Assembly (NCBI RefSeq): GCF_006345805.1
Contig: NC_043003.1
Coordinates: 21,204,001 to 21,268,000 of the forward strand
Direction: 5' to 3'
Source: Octopus sinensis
Taxonomy: Eukaryota
DNA length: 64,000 nucleotides
Part shown: positions 52,601-64,000 of the stretch, in pieces
Position numbering within the stretch: the stretch's first letter is position 1
Layout: each line of letters begins with the position of its first letter
Translations under genes and position numbers: made by a program
The notes under the pieces: model-generated
What the model was told of the DNA's origin: nothing
The model's database searches: none
Seen by the model: only the letters and a program-made list of their open reading frames with translations

Positions 52601-53384
52601 TGTCTTGACGTTGTTTCAAGTCGTGCAAGGGACATAATTCAGTTTGCATGCATGGATTTACTACACACGGTAGCACGTATTGTAGTGATTCACTACACAA
52701 TTGAAGAATAGCGTCGTTTGTTTACAGATCTGCAAATACTGAGAGATTCCTAGATAGATGGTCTACTACCCTGCTATTCATACTCCCAGCCGTTCGAAGT
52801 ATTTTGTATAGTTGAACTAAGTATGCCTGGACCATTAAACAAAATTCCCATTAAGTTGTGGTATTTTGAGGACAAATAATATTTTTTCCTATCTTGATAA
52901 TAACATTGTTGTAAACTAGATAACATACACACATACGTATGTATCTAGATATATGTGTGTATATCTATCTATCTATCTATCTATCATCATCATCATCATC
53001 ATTTAACGTTCATTTTCTTTGTGGGCTTGGGTCGGACAGTTTGACAGGAGCTAGCAAGTCAGAAGGCTGCGCCAAGCTCGTCTGTCTACTTTAGCATGAT
53101 TTCTTTGGTTGGATGCCTTTCCTAATGCCTATCACTTTACATAGTGTACTGGGTGCTTTATATGTGACCCCAGTACCAGTGAGGTTACTAAATAACTTAC
53201 AAGACCATACTCCTCAACTGAAAAGTGAGTAGGATCGAAAGAGGTGGCTTTGTTCCAAGTGATGAGAGGTTAGAGTATGAATAGAGGGACAGAAGTAGGT
53301 ATCTTGCATTAAAGGAGATACAAGGCTACTTTAGAAGAAGAGAGGAAAGAGAGAGGGTGCTGCAGATGGAGAAAATTTGACAAG

Positions 53385-53752
53385 GGGCATAGGGGTGGCT
53401 GTGTGGTAAGTAGCTTGCTTACGAACCACATGGTTCCAGGTTCAATCCCACTGCGTGGCACCTTGGGCAAGTGTTTTCTACTATAGCCTCGAGCTGACCA
53501 AAGCCTTGTGAGTGGATTTGGTAGACGGAAACTGAAAGAAGCCCGTCATATATATGTGTGTGTGTATATAATATATATATATGTGTGTGTGTGTGTGTAT
53601 GTTTCTGTGTCTGTAACTTAGCGGTTCATCGAAAGAGACTGATAGAATAAGTACTAGGCTTGCACAGAATAAGTCCTGGGGTCGATTTGCTTGACTAAAA
53701 GGTGGTGCTCCAGCATGACCACAGTTAAATGACTGAAACAAGTAAAAGAGTA
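53385..53752 (+). mobile_element. SINE family A
   Basis: Head, core and tail. Confidence 0.85.
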
Positions 53753-55238
53753 AGGGGTTAGCAAGGATCCTATTAAAGAGATATTAAAATTTTATAGGTA
53801 GGCATATGTCAGTCTAGAAAGCATATTTTGTGTCAGCCACTGATGGTGATGTGGACCTATACAGCCACAGCATCGCCATCAGTGGCTGTATAGGCCCACA
53901 CAGGAGTGACAGTCTTACATGTAGCGACTGCATTTGAACATGCTCTCCACCAGTGTTACGGTGCTTTCTGTTCTTTGAGTGCACTCTTCTTTGGTGGCAA
54001 GTTTTAGTTTAAAAATTTATATATCATTTAAATGCTAAATGACTTCTGCATCACTGTGCATGTGTGTGTGGAGATCTGACTCCTTTATTGATCAAGTCAA
54101 AACAGCCCCATAGAGGCTACAGGTCTCTATGATCTGCATTATTGGAAGTTAGCCTAGCAGCACATTGGGTTTCACCTAGCTTGTTTGAGATGACAGTTCA
54201 TGGTACCTGCTTTGGATGTCAATTATACTGAGCCTAAAGAAAAGGGTTTACATGTGTAAATAGGTTAGTGGGCTTAACAAAACCGCAAAGGTTTCAAAAA
54301 GGGTTTATTAACATGCAACCAAGGACTATTAATTGTTAGATATTATATGTTATTGTTTAGCCCTGATCAGCAAACTTATTATTAAAGCCATTCTGGCCAT
54401 GACCATCCCTTATTCAGATACAGTGTATCTAGGAGTACATTATTTACATTTAACCTTTTGGTTTTTAAAACAGTGTGGTATGGTTTTGTGGAAGATTCTG
54501 CTGCTATTTCTAGCTGGTTGATCAACTGCATATAGCCTCTTTGGTTTATGCATTTTGTTACTGACATTGTTGTTGTTGGTTGTAGCAGCAGCAGTAGGAA
54601 GAGGTGGGGGTAGTAGCAGCAGCAGCAGTAGCAGTGGTAGTAGTAGTAGTAGGAGCAGCAGCAGAAGTAGTAGCAGGAATAATGGTGATGGTGATGCTGA
54701 TAGTAGTAGTGGCAGTAGTAGTAGTAGTAGTTGTCGTAGTGGTAGTAGCAGTAGCTGTTGTAGTTGTTTTTCTCCTTTGATTAAAGTTCTCAGCTCCTCA
54801 TGTTATAAGATTGAGATTAAACTTAAATACATACGAGTTAAGTTGTTCAATGTTCGAAATTACAAGTCATTATCAACAAGGCTCTACTTCACTTAATTAA
54901 AAACCAAACTTAAAACACCATCAAATTCATTAAATAAACAATGTTGATGGACAAAGATATTTATTGAAAACATCCCAGTATTAGTGAAGACGAAATAATT
55001 GGGTGGGGTCAAGAGGGGATGGGGTTGGGTTTTTCTTGTTTCTTTTTTTTTTTTTTTTTATAAATATAGGTTCAGTCTTGGCTGTGTGGTAAGATGTTTG
55101 CTTCCCATCCACATGATTCTAGGTTCAGTCCCACTGTGTGGCACCTTAGGCAAGTGTCTTTTAATATAGCCAGCCTATGCCTTGTGAGTGAATTTGGTAG
55201 ATGAAAACTGAAAGAAGCCCATCATATTATATATATAT

Positions 55239-55628
55239 AGGCGTAGGAGTGGCTGTGTGGTATGTAGCTTGCTTACCAACCACATGATTCCGGGTTCAGT
55301 CCCACTGCGTGGCACCTTGGGCAAGTGTCTTCTACTATAGCCTCGGGCCAACCAAAGCCTTGTGAGTGGATTTGGTAGACGGAAACTAAAAGAAGCCCAT
55401 CACATATATATGTATATGTTTGTGTTTCTGTATTTGTCCCCCCAACATCACTTGCCAACCGATGCTGGTGTGTTTACGTCCCCGTCACTTAGCGGTTCGG
55501 CAAAAGAGACCGATAGAATAAGTACTAGGCTTACAAAGAATAAGTCCTGGGGTCAATTTGCTTGACTAAAGGTGGTGCTCCAGCATGGCCACAGTCAAAT
55601 GACTGAAACAAGTAAAAGAGAGTAAAAG
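55239..55628 (+). mobile_element. SINE family A, reference full-length copy (tRNA head, CORE-like CCTTGGGCAAGT, LINE-type tail)
   Basis: A-box-like GGCTGTGTGG, B-box-like GGTTCAGTCCC, CACCTTGGGCAAGTG, tail GGTGGTGCTCCAGCATGGCCACAGTCAAATGACTGAAAC(AAGTAAAAGAG)n. Other copies at 24953, 44327, 55068, 58200(-), 59912, 60640(-) and 61603. Confidence 0.9.
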
Positions 55629-55660
<32 letters not shown>

Positions 55661-55864
55661 TATATATATATAAAGAAATACTGAAAATAGGACAAGAATG
55701 CAAAACATCCGGACAATTAGATGATACAAAAAGGGACAACAAAAACATCCAGACAGATGATACAAAAAAACAAGGATGGGTCACTCGGAGTCTTCTTTTT
55801 TCAGTCAAGTTCCAGATTATCTTTGCAATTTCGGCTGGAAAGACTGAAGATGGATTATACGAAA

Positions 55865-56111
55865 ATTTATTATTAATCACGACAATTCTTTCGACACATC
55901 TAGCATAGATTCCTCACAGGTGGGACACTCAACAACTGGTTCAGGAGCATCCGGTGATGCAGGTGTATCTCATCAGGTGATAAATAGACACAACTAATTA
56001 AAATAACAGTTCAACAATGTAACTATTTATCACCTGATGAGGTACACCTGCACTGCCAGAAGCTCCTGAGGGATCAATGTGTCGAAGCAATTGTCATGAT
56101 TAAAAATAAAT
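55865..56111. repeat. Imperfect long inverted repeat, Penelope-like
   Basis: ATTTATTATTAATCACGACAATT..TCGACACAT pairs with ATGTGTCGA..AATTGTCATGATTAAAAATAAAT, and TCAGGAGC..TGCAGGTGTATCTCATCAGGTGATAAATAG pairs with CTATTTATCACCTGATGAGGTACACCTGCA..GCTCCTGA. Confidence 0.75.
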
Positions 56112-56224
56112 ATATGTATATTCTAACTTCCATCATGCATTTGCCATATACTTAACGATCACTGTGAAGGTGACTGTGCTTTACCATTAAGCTACTTTGT
56201 GTAGACCATTCGTTTTATTATTCA

Positions 56225-56840
56225 ATCATCATCATCATCATTGTCATCGTCTAACGTCCATTTTCCATGCTAGCATGGGTTAGACGGTTCAACCAGGGTC
56301 TGGGAAGCCAGGAGGCTGCACTAGGCTCTAGTCTGATCTGGCAATGTTTCTACAGCTGGATGCCCTTCCTAATGCCAACCACTCCATGAGTGTAGTGGGT
56401 GCTTTTTACGTGCCACTGGCACAGGGGCCAGAGGAGGCTGACAACGGCCATGATCGGTTAGTGCTTTTTATATGCCACCGGCACGGAAGCCAGTCAAGGT
56501 GGCGCTGGCATCGGCCATGTTCAGAAGGTGCTTTTTACGTGCCTCAGGCACGGGTATCACAACCACAATTTCCATTTGATCTTTATTTTGATGTTGATAT
56601 ACTTGACTCAGTAGGTCTCCTCAAGTACAGCAGGTAGCCCTACGATCCAAGATACTTTGAATGGGCTGGGACTGGTTATGTGAAGCTGGTGTAGGATACA
56701 CCGTGGACTCACTTTATTTGTCGGGTCACATCATTTCTCCAGAGGTTTCGGTCTTTTGTCATTGCCTCTGTGAGGCCCAACGTTCAAAGGTCATGCTTGA
56801 CCACCTCATCTCATGTCTTCCTGGGTCTACCTCTACCCCG
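56225..56840 (-). mobile_element. RTE LINE 3' end: ORF terminus followed by family C 3' UTR
   Basis: Minus strand GRGRPRKT*DEVVKHDL*TLGLTEAMTKDRNLWR runs continuously into family C sequence and a (GAT)n tail. Confidence 0.8.
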
Positions 56841-58394
56841 GATGCCAGTCTGTCATAGGTGAGCTGCAAGATGCAGGAGGAAAGAGTGAGAGAAAGTTGT
56901 GGCAAAAGAGTCAGCAGAAGTTCACCATTACCTTCTGCCAGAGCCGCATGGCGCTTAGGTGTTTTGCTCATAAACACACACATAGCCTGGTCTGAGATTC
57001 GAACCCGCGAGTCCGCTGCTCTAACCACCAGGCCATGTGCCTCCACTGATGATGACTTAGCAGGAACATATTGGAAGAGAAACCCAAATATAGATGTATT
57101 ATACATCCCAACATTCATCACCACCACTATTTTCATGACTGATTTCCTACATGTGCACATGTATGTAGGTCTTCTCCAGTACTGCATGTTACCACTTTCA
57201 CAGTTCTTTATTGTCTCCTTCATGAATCCCAGTTTCTTGAGATCAGTCTTCTTCACCACTTCTTCCTATGCCTTCCCCATTTAACTCCTTTCTCTAACTT
57301 CTGGTCACTTCAAGTACTTAGCATTTCTTTATGCAACTGATGTCCTTCATAAGCATCACACAACCACTCTAGCACAGTCTTCTCTCTTGTATGCTACCTT
57401 TGATTTCTCTTCTATCCAACTGTTCCATCTGCTCATTCATGCTTCATCATTCAGGCTCACTGACATCACACATCCAATGAGACATATTTAGTAAATTTTT
57501 CTTTAGCCATTGGAGATTCTCCATATTCAAGTCCCACCTCTAGTTACCATACAGCTTTTCATTTTGTGCACAAGGCAGAAACGTTAGCACGCCGGGCGAA
57601 ATGCTTAGCAGCATTTCGTCTGTCTTTATGTTCTGAGTTCAAATTCCGCCAAGGTCGACTTTGCCTTTCATCCTTTTGGGGTTGATAAATTAAATACCAG
57701 TTACATACTGGGGTCAATCTAATCAACTGCCCCCCTCCCCCAAGTTTCCGGGCCTTGTGCCTAGAGTAGAGAAGACATTAAGAGAGAAATCCTTTATTAC
57801 CAGCAGAGTAAAAAGATCCCTGAACTTTACCCCATCTCATTCTTAGTCTGGTCATTATGTTTTCGGAACACACACCTTCACTGCTAATTAAGCAAACTAA
57901 GTAACAAAAGTTATAAACTATTTCTAGGGAACCTTCTGAGCATTTGAAGGAATTTCATCATCATCATTATCATCATCATTGTTGTTGTTGTCGTCGTCAT
58001 CATCATCTTAATGACCACTTGTCCATGCTTGCATGGGTTAGATGGAATTTATTGAAGCAGTTTTTTACTGGATACACTTCCTGTTGGTAACCCTCACTTG
58101 TTGCCAGCAAGATAATATTTCCCAATTACCAGATAGGTTTTCACAGAACATTGGAAATTGATGACACCGCTCATATGATAGTGACTCTCATTTACAACTC
58201 TTGCAAACACAGACACACACACATGTTCTTCTTTCAGTTTCTATCTGCCAGATCCACTCACAAGGCTTTTGTCTGTCTGGAGCTGTAGTAGAAAACAATT
58301 GCCCAGGGTACCAGGCAGTGAAACTGAACTCAAAATCTTATGGTTGGAAAATAAATTTATTACTCATACAACTATATCTGTGCCTGTATAATAA

Positions 58395-58836
58395 TATTAA
58401 TAATAATAATAATAACAATGGTTTCAAATTTTGCAACAAGGGCAGCAATTATGGGGGAGGGGATGAGTCAATTACATCGACCCCAGTGTTCAACTGGTAC
58501 TTATTTTATCGACCCCAAAAGGATGAAAAGCAAAGTCGATTTCAGCAGAATTTGAACTCAGAACAGAGCAACAGGCAAAATACCATCCAGCATGCTAACG
58601 ATTCTGCCAGCTTGCCACCTTAATAATTATAATAATAATAATAATAATCCTTTTTACTAAAAGCACAAGGCCTAAAATTTTGGGGAAGGGGACTAGTCGA
58701 TGTCACCGACCCCAGCGTTTCACTGGTACTTAATTTATCAACTCCAAAAGGATGAAAGGCAAAGTCGACCTCAGCAAATAGGAATAATACTAATAATAAT
58801 AATAATAATAATAATAACAATAATAATAACAATAAC

Positions 58837-58877
<41 letters not shown>

Positions 58878-58912
58878 TAATAATAATAATAACAATAATA
58901 ATAATAATAATA
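58395..58912. repeat. (TAA)n/(CAA) tracts with two family B SINEs on the minus strand
   Basis: Read directly; source of the poly-L and poly-I ORFs. Confidence 0.9.
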
Positions 58913-61147
58913 TTTTTCAAGGAATTCACATAACTATACAATACATGTGCATACCAGTATAGCACATCGTGTGTTCTTCCGATTTTTTTTTTTCTATGAA
59001 CAAATATAGAGAAGAAAAATGCTGGCAAATATATTAAAAATTGTACTCAATTAAAGTAAAGAGATAGAATACTTATCATTTCTCTTATGGTTCCTCTCTC
59101 CCTCTCTCTCTCTGTCTCTGTCTTTTTCTATCTCCTTTTCTACCTTATTCTCTCAGCTGCCATCGTCTTCAGAAGCAGACGTCTCCAGCCTCAGCCTGTC
59201 AGTCGCTTACCAAGGCTTAGCTCCCAGTTGTCAAGTGTAATCGCGCATATCGATCTGATGTGACACTAACGGTCGTCCAAACCTTCAAACTGGAGATAGA
59301 TGCTAAGTAACGTGGTACGAGGGAAGCAGTAGTGATCGTAGAGAAAAGGCCCAAACACAGCTTTCATAGTAGCCTTCATTTAAGCTGGTTTGATTGATTA
59401 GTATTAAAAGTATTAACCACATAATTGCTGTTATTATTGATTGGGTGATTGAGTGAGGAAGGGAAGGAGTGATTGGGGCGAGCATGGGACCGTCAGGTAA
59501 GGATGGGGAAGGGATAGTCGGAACGAATAGATATTTCCTCTTTCTGCTGCTTAATTTTCTTTTGAGAATTGGCAAACAGCTCCTGTTCCCTCTAGCAAGA
59601 AGGAGAGAGAAAAAAAACGATAAAGAAACAACTAATCTTACACAAATATATTTTGTTTACGTCTGCAAACCAACGACGATATAACTTTATATACATATAC
59701 ACACAGATATATGACTACATATGTTCAACAATGTGTACACAGAAACGATATGTTTTTGTGTGTCTTATTTTTTTTGCGTGTCTCTGTATTCTGTGTTTGC
59801 ATAGCTTCAATTACGCATGACCCGACGCACTTATATATACACTCCGTAAGTACGCCTCCGAGTGTAATGAACTGTGTATATAAAACTTGCAAAATATTCT
59901 ATACTTATATATGTGTGGTAAGTAACTTGCTTACCAACCACATGTTTCCGGGCTCAGTCCCACTGCGTGACATCTTGGGCAAGTGTCTTCTACTATAGCC
60001 TCGGGCCGACCAAAGCCTTGTGAGCGGATTTGGTAGATGGAAACTGAAAGAAGCCCGTCGTATATATGTAGATATACATATGTATGTGTGTGTCTGTGTT
60101 TGTCCCTCCAACATCTCTTGACAACCGATGGTGGTGTGTTTACGTCCCCGTAACTTAGCCGTTCGGCAAAAGAAACCGATAGAATAAGTACTAGGCTTAC
60201 AAAGAATAAGTCCTGGGGTCAGTTTCCTCGACTAAAGGCGGCGCTCCAGCATGGCCATAGTCAAACGACTGAAACAAGTAAAGAGAGAGTGTATATATAT
60301 ATACACTCTCTCTTTATATATATATACGTTCTGTGTGTGTGTGTGTGCTTGTTTACTTATTTTTGTTTACTACTATAAACACACCACAATACGGCATGAC
60401 ACACACTGCTGTGTGTATTAGAAAATGTGTAAATGTCTCTCTTTCAGTGTGTGCGTGTGTATGCTCTATCTTTGAAACCCGCGACAGTCGCACCATGACA
60501 CAGCACACACACACACACTTGCATGTGTGGACAGACAAATCAACACAGAAGGAAGAGATGGACCCAACACAAAGACACGCATATATATATATATATATAT
60601 ATATACATTCGTACTCCTGCATACACACAAACATATATCACAGGCTTCCACACAGTTTCCATCTACGAAATTAACTTACAAGGTATTAGTTGACACCTGA
60701 AGCTATTGCAAAAGACACTTGCCCAATGTACCACACATTGGGATTGAACACCAAACCACATATTTGCAAAGTGAACGTGTTAACCACACAGCCTTGCCCT
60801 CCAAATTTGTGTGTATATTTCCAAGTGTACATGTATGTGTGTGTGTGTGTACATGCACTTAAAACTGTTTAAATGTAGGACTAATTACATTTGTTGTGTG
60901 TGTATGTATGTATGTATGAATGTATGTATGTATGTATGTGTGTATGTCTATGTTGCATGTCTGTATTTGTGTTCCTATTTTTGTATGGCTCTGTTGTGTG
61001 TGTGTGTGTGTGTGTGTGTGTTTTACATAGCTATTAGACTTTTTAATTTTATGTCTATATTAGTTATTTGTTTTGTATGTATGTAATTATAGCTGTACAC
61101 ACTTCTATAGCTATATATGCATATAAGTAAGTATGCATATACAATTG

Positions 61148-61179
<32 letters not shown>

Positions 61180-61553
61180 TTAATGTATGTGTGCATGTGT
61201 TTGTGTGTAAATAACAAACGTACATGCACATATCTTTATTTTATATAGGGAACAAATAAAATCTATAAAACAAACGGGAGCTGAAATAATTTCTCTTTTA
61301 TTTTGTCCTTAAGAGCTCTAGGAAGTATTAGGCATGAAATCTCAGTTTTTATCCCAGATTTTAACCTGATTTATGCAATTGTGTGTCTACTTTGACATCT
61401 GTATCTGTAAATGTGTGCATATGTGTGAAGATTTTCAGTTGGAATCAAAATAAGCAATCAGTTCCCTAATGCTTATCAACGTTTGTTGGAAAACATCAGT
61501 TGCCTTTGTGTGTGTTGTATGTGTTCCTGCATGTGTCTCTATCTACACATACA

Positions 61554-61605
<52 letters not shown>

Positions 61606-62003
61606 CGTAGGGGTAGCTGTGTGGTAAGTAGCTTCCATACCAACCACATGGTTCCGGGTTCAGTCCCACTGCATGGCACCTTGGGCAAGTGTCAGCCTCA
61701 GGCTGACCAAAACCTTGTGAGTGGATTTGGTAGACGGAAACTGAAAGAAGCCCGTCGTATATATGTATATACATATATATGTGTGTGTGTGTTGTATATG
61801 TTTGTATCTGTGTTTGTTGCCCCACCATTGCTTGACAACCGATGCTGGTGTGTTTACGTCCCTGCAACTTAGCAGTTCGGTGAAAAGGACTGATAGAATA
61901 AGTATTAGGTTTACAAAGAATAAGTCCTGGGGTCGATTTGCTCAACTAAAAGGTGGTGCTCCAGCATGGCCACAGTCAAATGACTGAAACAAGTAAAAGA
62001 GTA

Positions 62004-62215
62004 TGTGACCGTGTGTGTACCGTTGGCGATTTTTTTTTTTCTTCTGTCTTCCCTTCTCTGGATCTTTCCTTCTCCTATGTTTCTGATGAAGATCTCCACT
62101 CGAAACGTTAAACCCTCCTTCTTTCCTTCTTTCCTGAGCGTCCAATAATACTACATTTGTTCCACGTCCTCGCGTTGTTGTGTTTTTTTGTGCTTTCTTG
62201 TTTGGATTAACTTTA
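62004..62215 (+). mobile_element. Penelope-like pLTR fragment with minimal hammerhead motif
   Basis: gttt-CTGATGA-AGATCTCCACTC-GAAA-CGTT-aaac at 62079-62113. Confidence 0.6.
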
Positions 62216-62254
62216 TAATATGTATGTATGTATGTATGTATACACACACACAAA

Positions 62255-62583
62255 GGCATAGGTGTGGCTATGTGGTAAGTCTGCTTTCCAACCACATGGT
62301 CCCAGGTTCAGTCCCACTGCATAGCACTTTGGAGCAAGTGTCTTCTACTATAGCTCTGGGCTGACCAAAGCCTTATGAGTGGATCAGGTAGATGGAAACT
62401 GAAAGTAGCCTGACATAGCTGTGTATATCTTTCAGTTTCCGTCTACCAAACGCACTCACAAACCTTTGGTCGGCTCAAAGCTATAGTAGAAGACACTTAC
62501 CCAAAGTCCCATGCAGTGGGACTGAAGCCCTGGAACCATGTGGCTGGGAACCAAGCCTCTTATCGCACAGCCACATCTGTACC
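62255..62583. repeat. Inverted pair of family A SINE 5' halves
   Basis: 62255-62405(+) and 62429-62583(-) with a spacer of about 24 nt. Confidence 0.85.
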
Positions 62584-63497
62584 TTTATAAATATATATAT
62601 ATATAAATGTATAGTAAATAAACAAATGACATAACATATACTGAGTGTACAACTGGATGGGAGATAAACACAGAAGGTCCCTAATTCTTCATCAGTTATC
62701 AACCAATTGGTCATACTCAGTTTTGCACCATACCATTAATGATGAGACTGAGGGCTTCTCATATTGGCGATGTCCACAAAAAATTTTTCTGTGGAGAACT
62801 CAGGGCCGAGAGCAAACAAAATAAAGCAAAACTACACAGAGTGTGATTTAGGTGGGTGGACAAGGGCGAACAGACAAACAAAACACAGCCTTAGGACCAA
62901 GAAGACAAGAATAGTGGGTAATGCTTAGAAGATATCTTAAAGGGTAGAGAAAGGAGAGACAGAATTTGTGACTGCTCAGCTGTGGGACCAGTGTGAGAAA
63001 GGGAGAAATCTGGCCGAGGGTGATGTGACAGCAACAGGTAGAGGAGAAAGACAGCAAGACAAAGGGAGAGAGAGGGACAGAGAGAAAAAGGAAAGGGATG
63101 AGGGGAGAAAAAAGAGGAAGGAGAAAGGTTAGGAATACAAGAGAGAAATGGAAAAAGAAGAAAGGTTAGACTAGAAGTGAGAGGGTGAGAAAAGGAGAAA
63201 ATGGAAAGACTAGAATAGAAGTGAGAGGGTGAGAGAAAGAAAAGGGAAAAGAATGAAGGCAAGAGAGAGAAAGTCACATAGGTATATAAGAAATTTACTT
63301 GTTAATACAAATTCTGTGTGCATTGCATTTCATTTCTTAGTATATTAATGTTTCACTCAGGCAGAGCAAGGCTAATAGTGAGGTGTAGAACTCAATATTT
63401 GTATTGTCCTGAACACAGTGTTATATGAGTATAGAGTGGTAATAGAAATCAAAGAGATGACACCGGAAAATCCAAATGTTATGTAATAAACTTCATT

Positions 63498-63578
63498 AGC
63501 TTACAGCTGTTTCTGCTATTTGATGTGGCAGACTCTTTGTTGAGTACCAAGAAATCAATCTATAGCTTCATCAGAGCC
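63498..63578 (-). ncRNA. Type I minimal hammerhead ribozyme-like motif
   Basis: Minus strand: ggct-CTGATGA-A-GCTAT...ATAGC-A-GAAA-C-AGCT-G-TA-agct. Core boxes intact, stem I ggct/agct, palindromic loop 3 AGCT, GUA cleavage triplet. Confidence 0.6.
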
Positions 63579-64000
63579 TTGAATATGAAGTGCATTTTAT
63601 TTGGGAAAACTTACATTTTCAGAACATATGGGTGTTATGAGTGAGAAAGTTTACGTTGATGGATAGGGAAAGTTCTATCCTGCTGTCATCTCTTTGTTTT
63701 CTATATACATACATGCTTTTCTATATACACACATAATGGGTTAACCATGCTATCATTGGTTTCATGTTAAGAGCAATATTTCTTAATAATTATCAAGTCT
63801 GTCACATGGGACTTTGGTGTTCATCTCCATCTTGGATAAAAAAACAAAAAAACTTCAAGATGGAAACGAACATTGATGTTGCATATTACAGGACTGATAA
63901 TTGTTAAGAGATATCTCTCTTAACATAAAACCAATGGTAGCTCGGTTAACACACAGATAAAGAATATTTATCCACCAATGTGTGTTGAGCACTCATTTTC

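Noticed and set aside
54555-54896. 113-aa ORF with a hydrophobic N-terminus and Ser-rich body
   Set aside because: Built from (TTG)n and (AGT/AGC)n microsatellites, with a non-ATG start.
55239-55310. tRNA genes at SINE heads
   Set aside because: A- and B-box-like motifs are present, but there is no convincing cloverleaf and they always run into SINE cores.
59202-59265. Weak resemblance to the U2 snRNA 5' end (TCGCTT..TCAAGTGTA..ATCTGAT); also CTTTTTGGCTAAGA at about 50466
   Set aside because: Only short scattered matches; the GTAGTA branch-recognition sequence and Sm site are absent.
62650-62825. Unique-looking coding-like stretch
   Set aside because: PQKIF-CGEL resembles the RTE PKxIxYGEL motif with a frameshift, so it is an old LINE relic.

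Overview
AT-rich, repeat-saturated eukaryotic DNA, most likely from an octopus (coleoid cephalopod) genome. This assignment rests on the tRNA-derived SINE families, the RTE/R4 LINE relics and the dense (TA)n, (TAA)n and (CAT)n microsatellites. I recognise no intact protein-coding gene. Almost all ORFs in the supplied track are microsatellite or SINE read-throughs, or decayed retrotransposon fragments, and only a few weak candidate exons remain. Well-supported elements are a 5'-inverted RTE LINE with a nested Helitron, mariner, hAT and TTAA-type MITEs, a 452-bp solo LTR, R4/Dong-like relics, a 38-bp minisatellite and several local duplications. The most interesting signals are (1) a 5'-truncated U6 snRNA retrocopy fused to the 3' tail used by the dominant SINE family, a possible U6-derived retroposon, (2) a dispersed set of minimal hammerhead-ribozyme-like motifs and long palindromes of Penelope type, and (3) a roughly 140-bp duplication flanking a SINE dimer that may be an unusually long target-site duplication. 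All calls were made by eye, with no database search.
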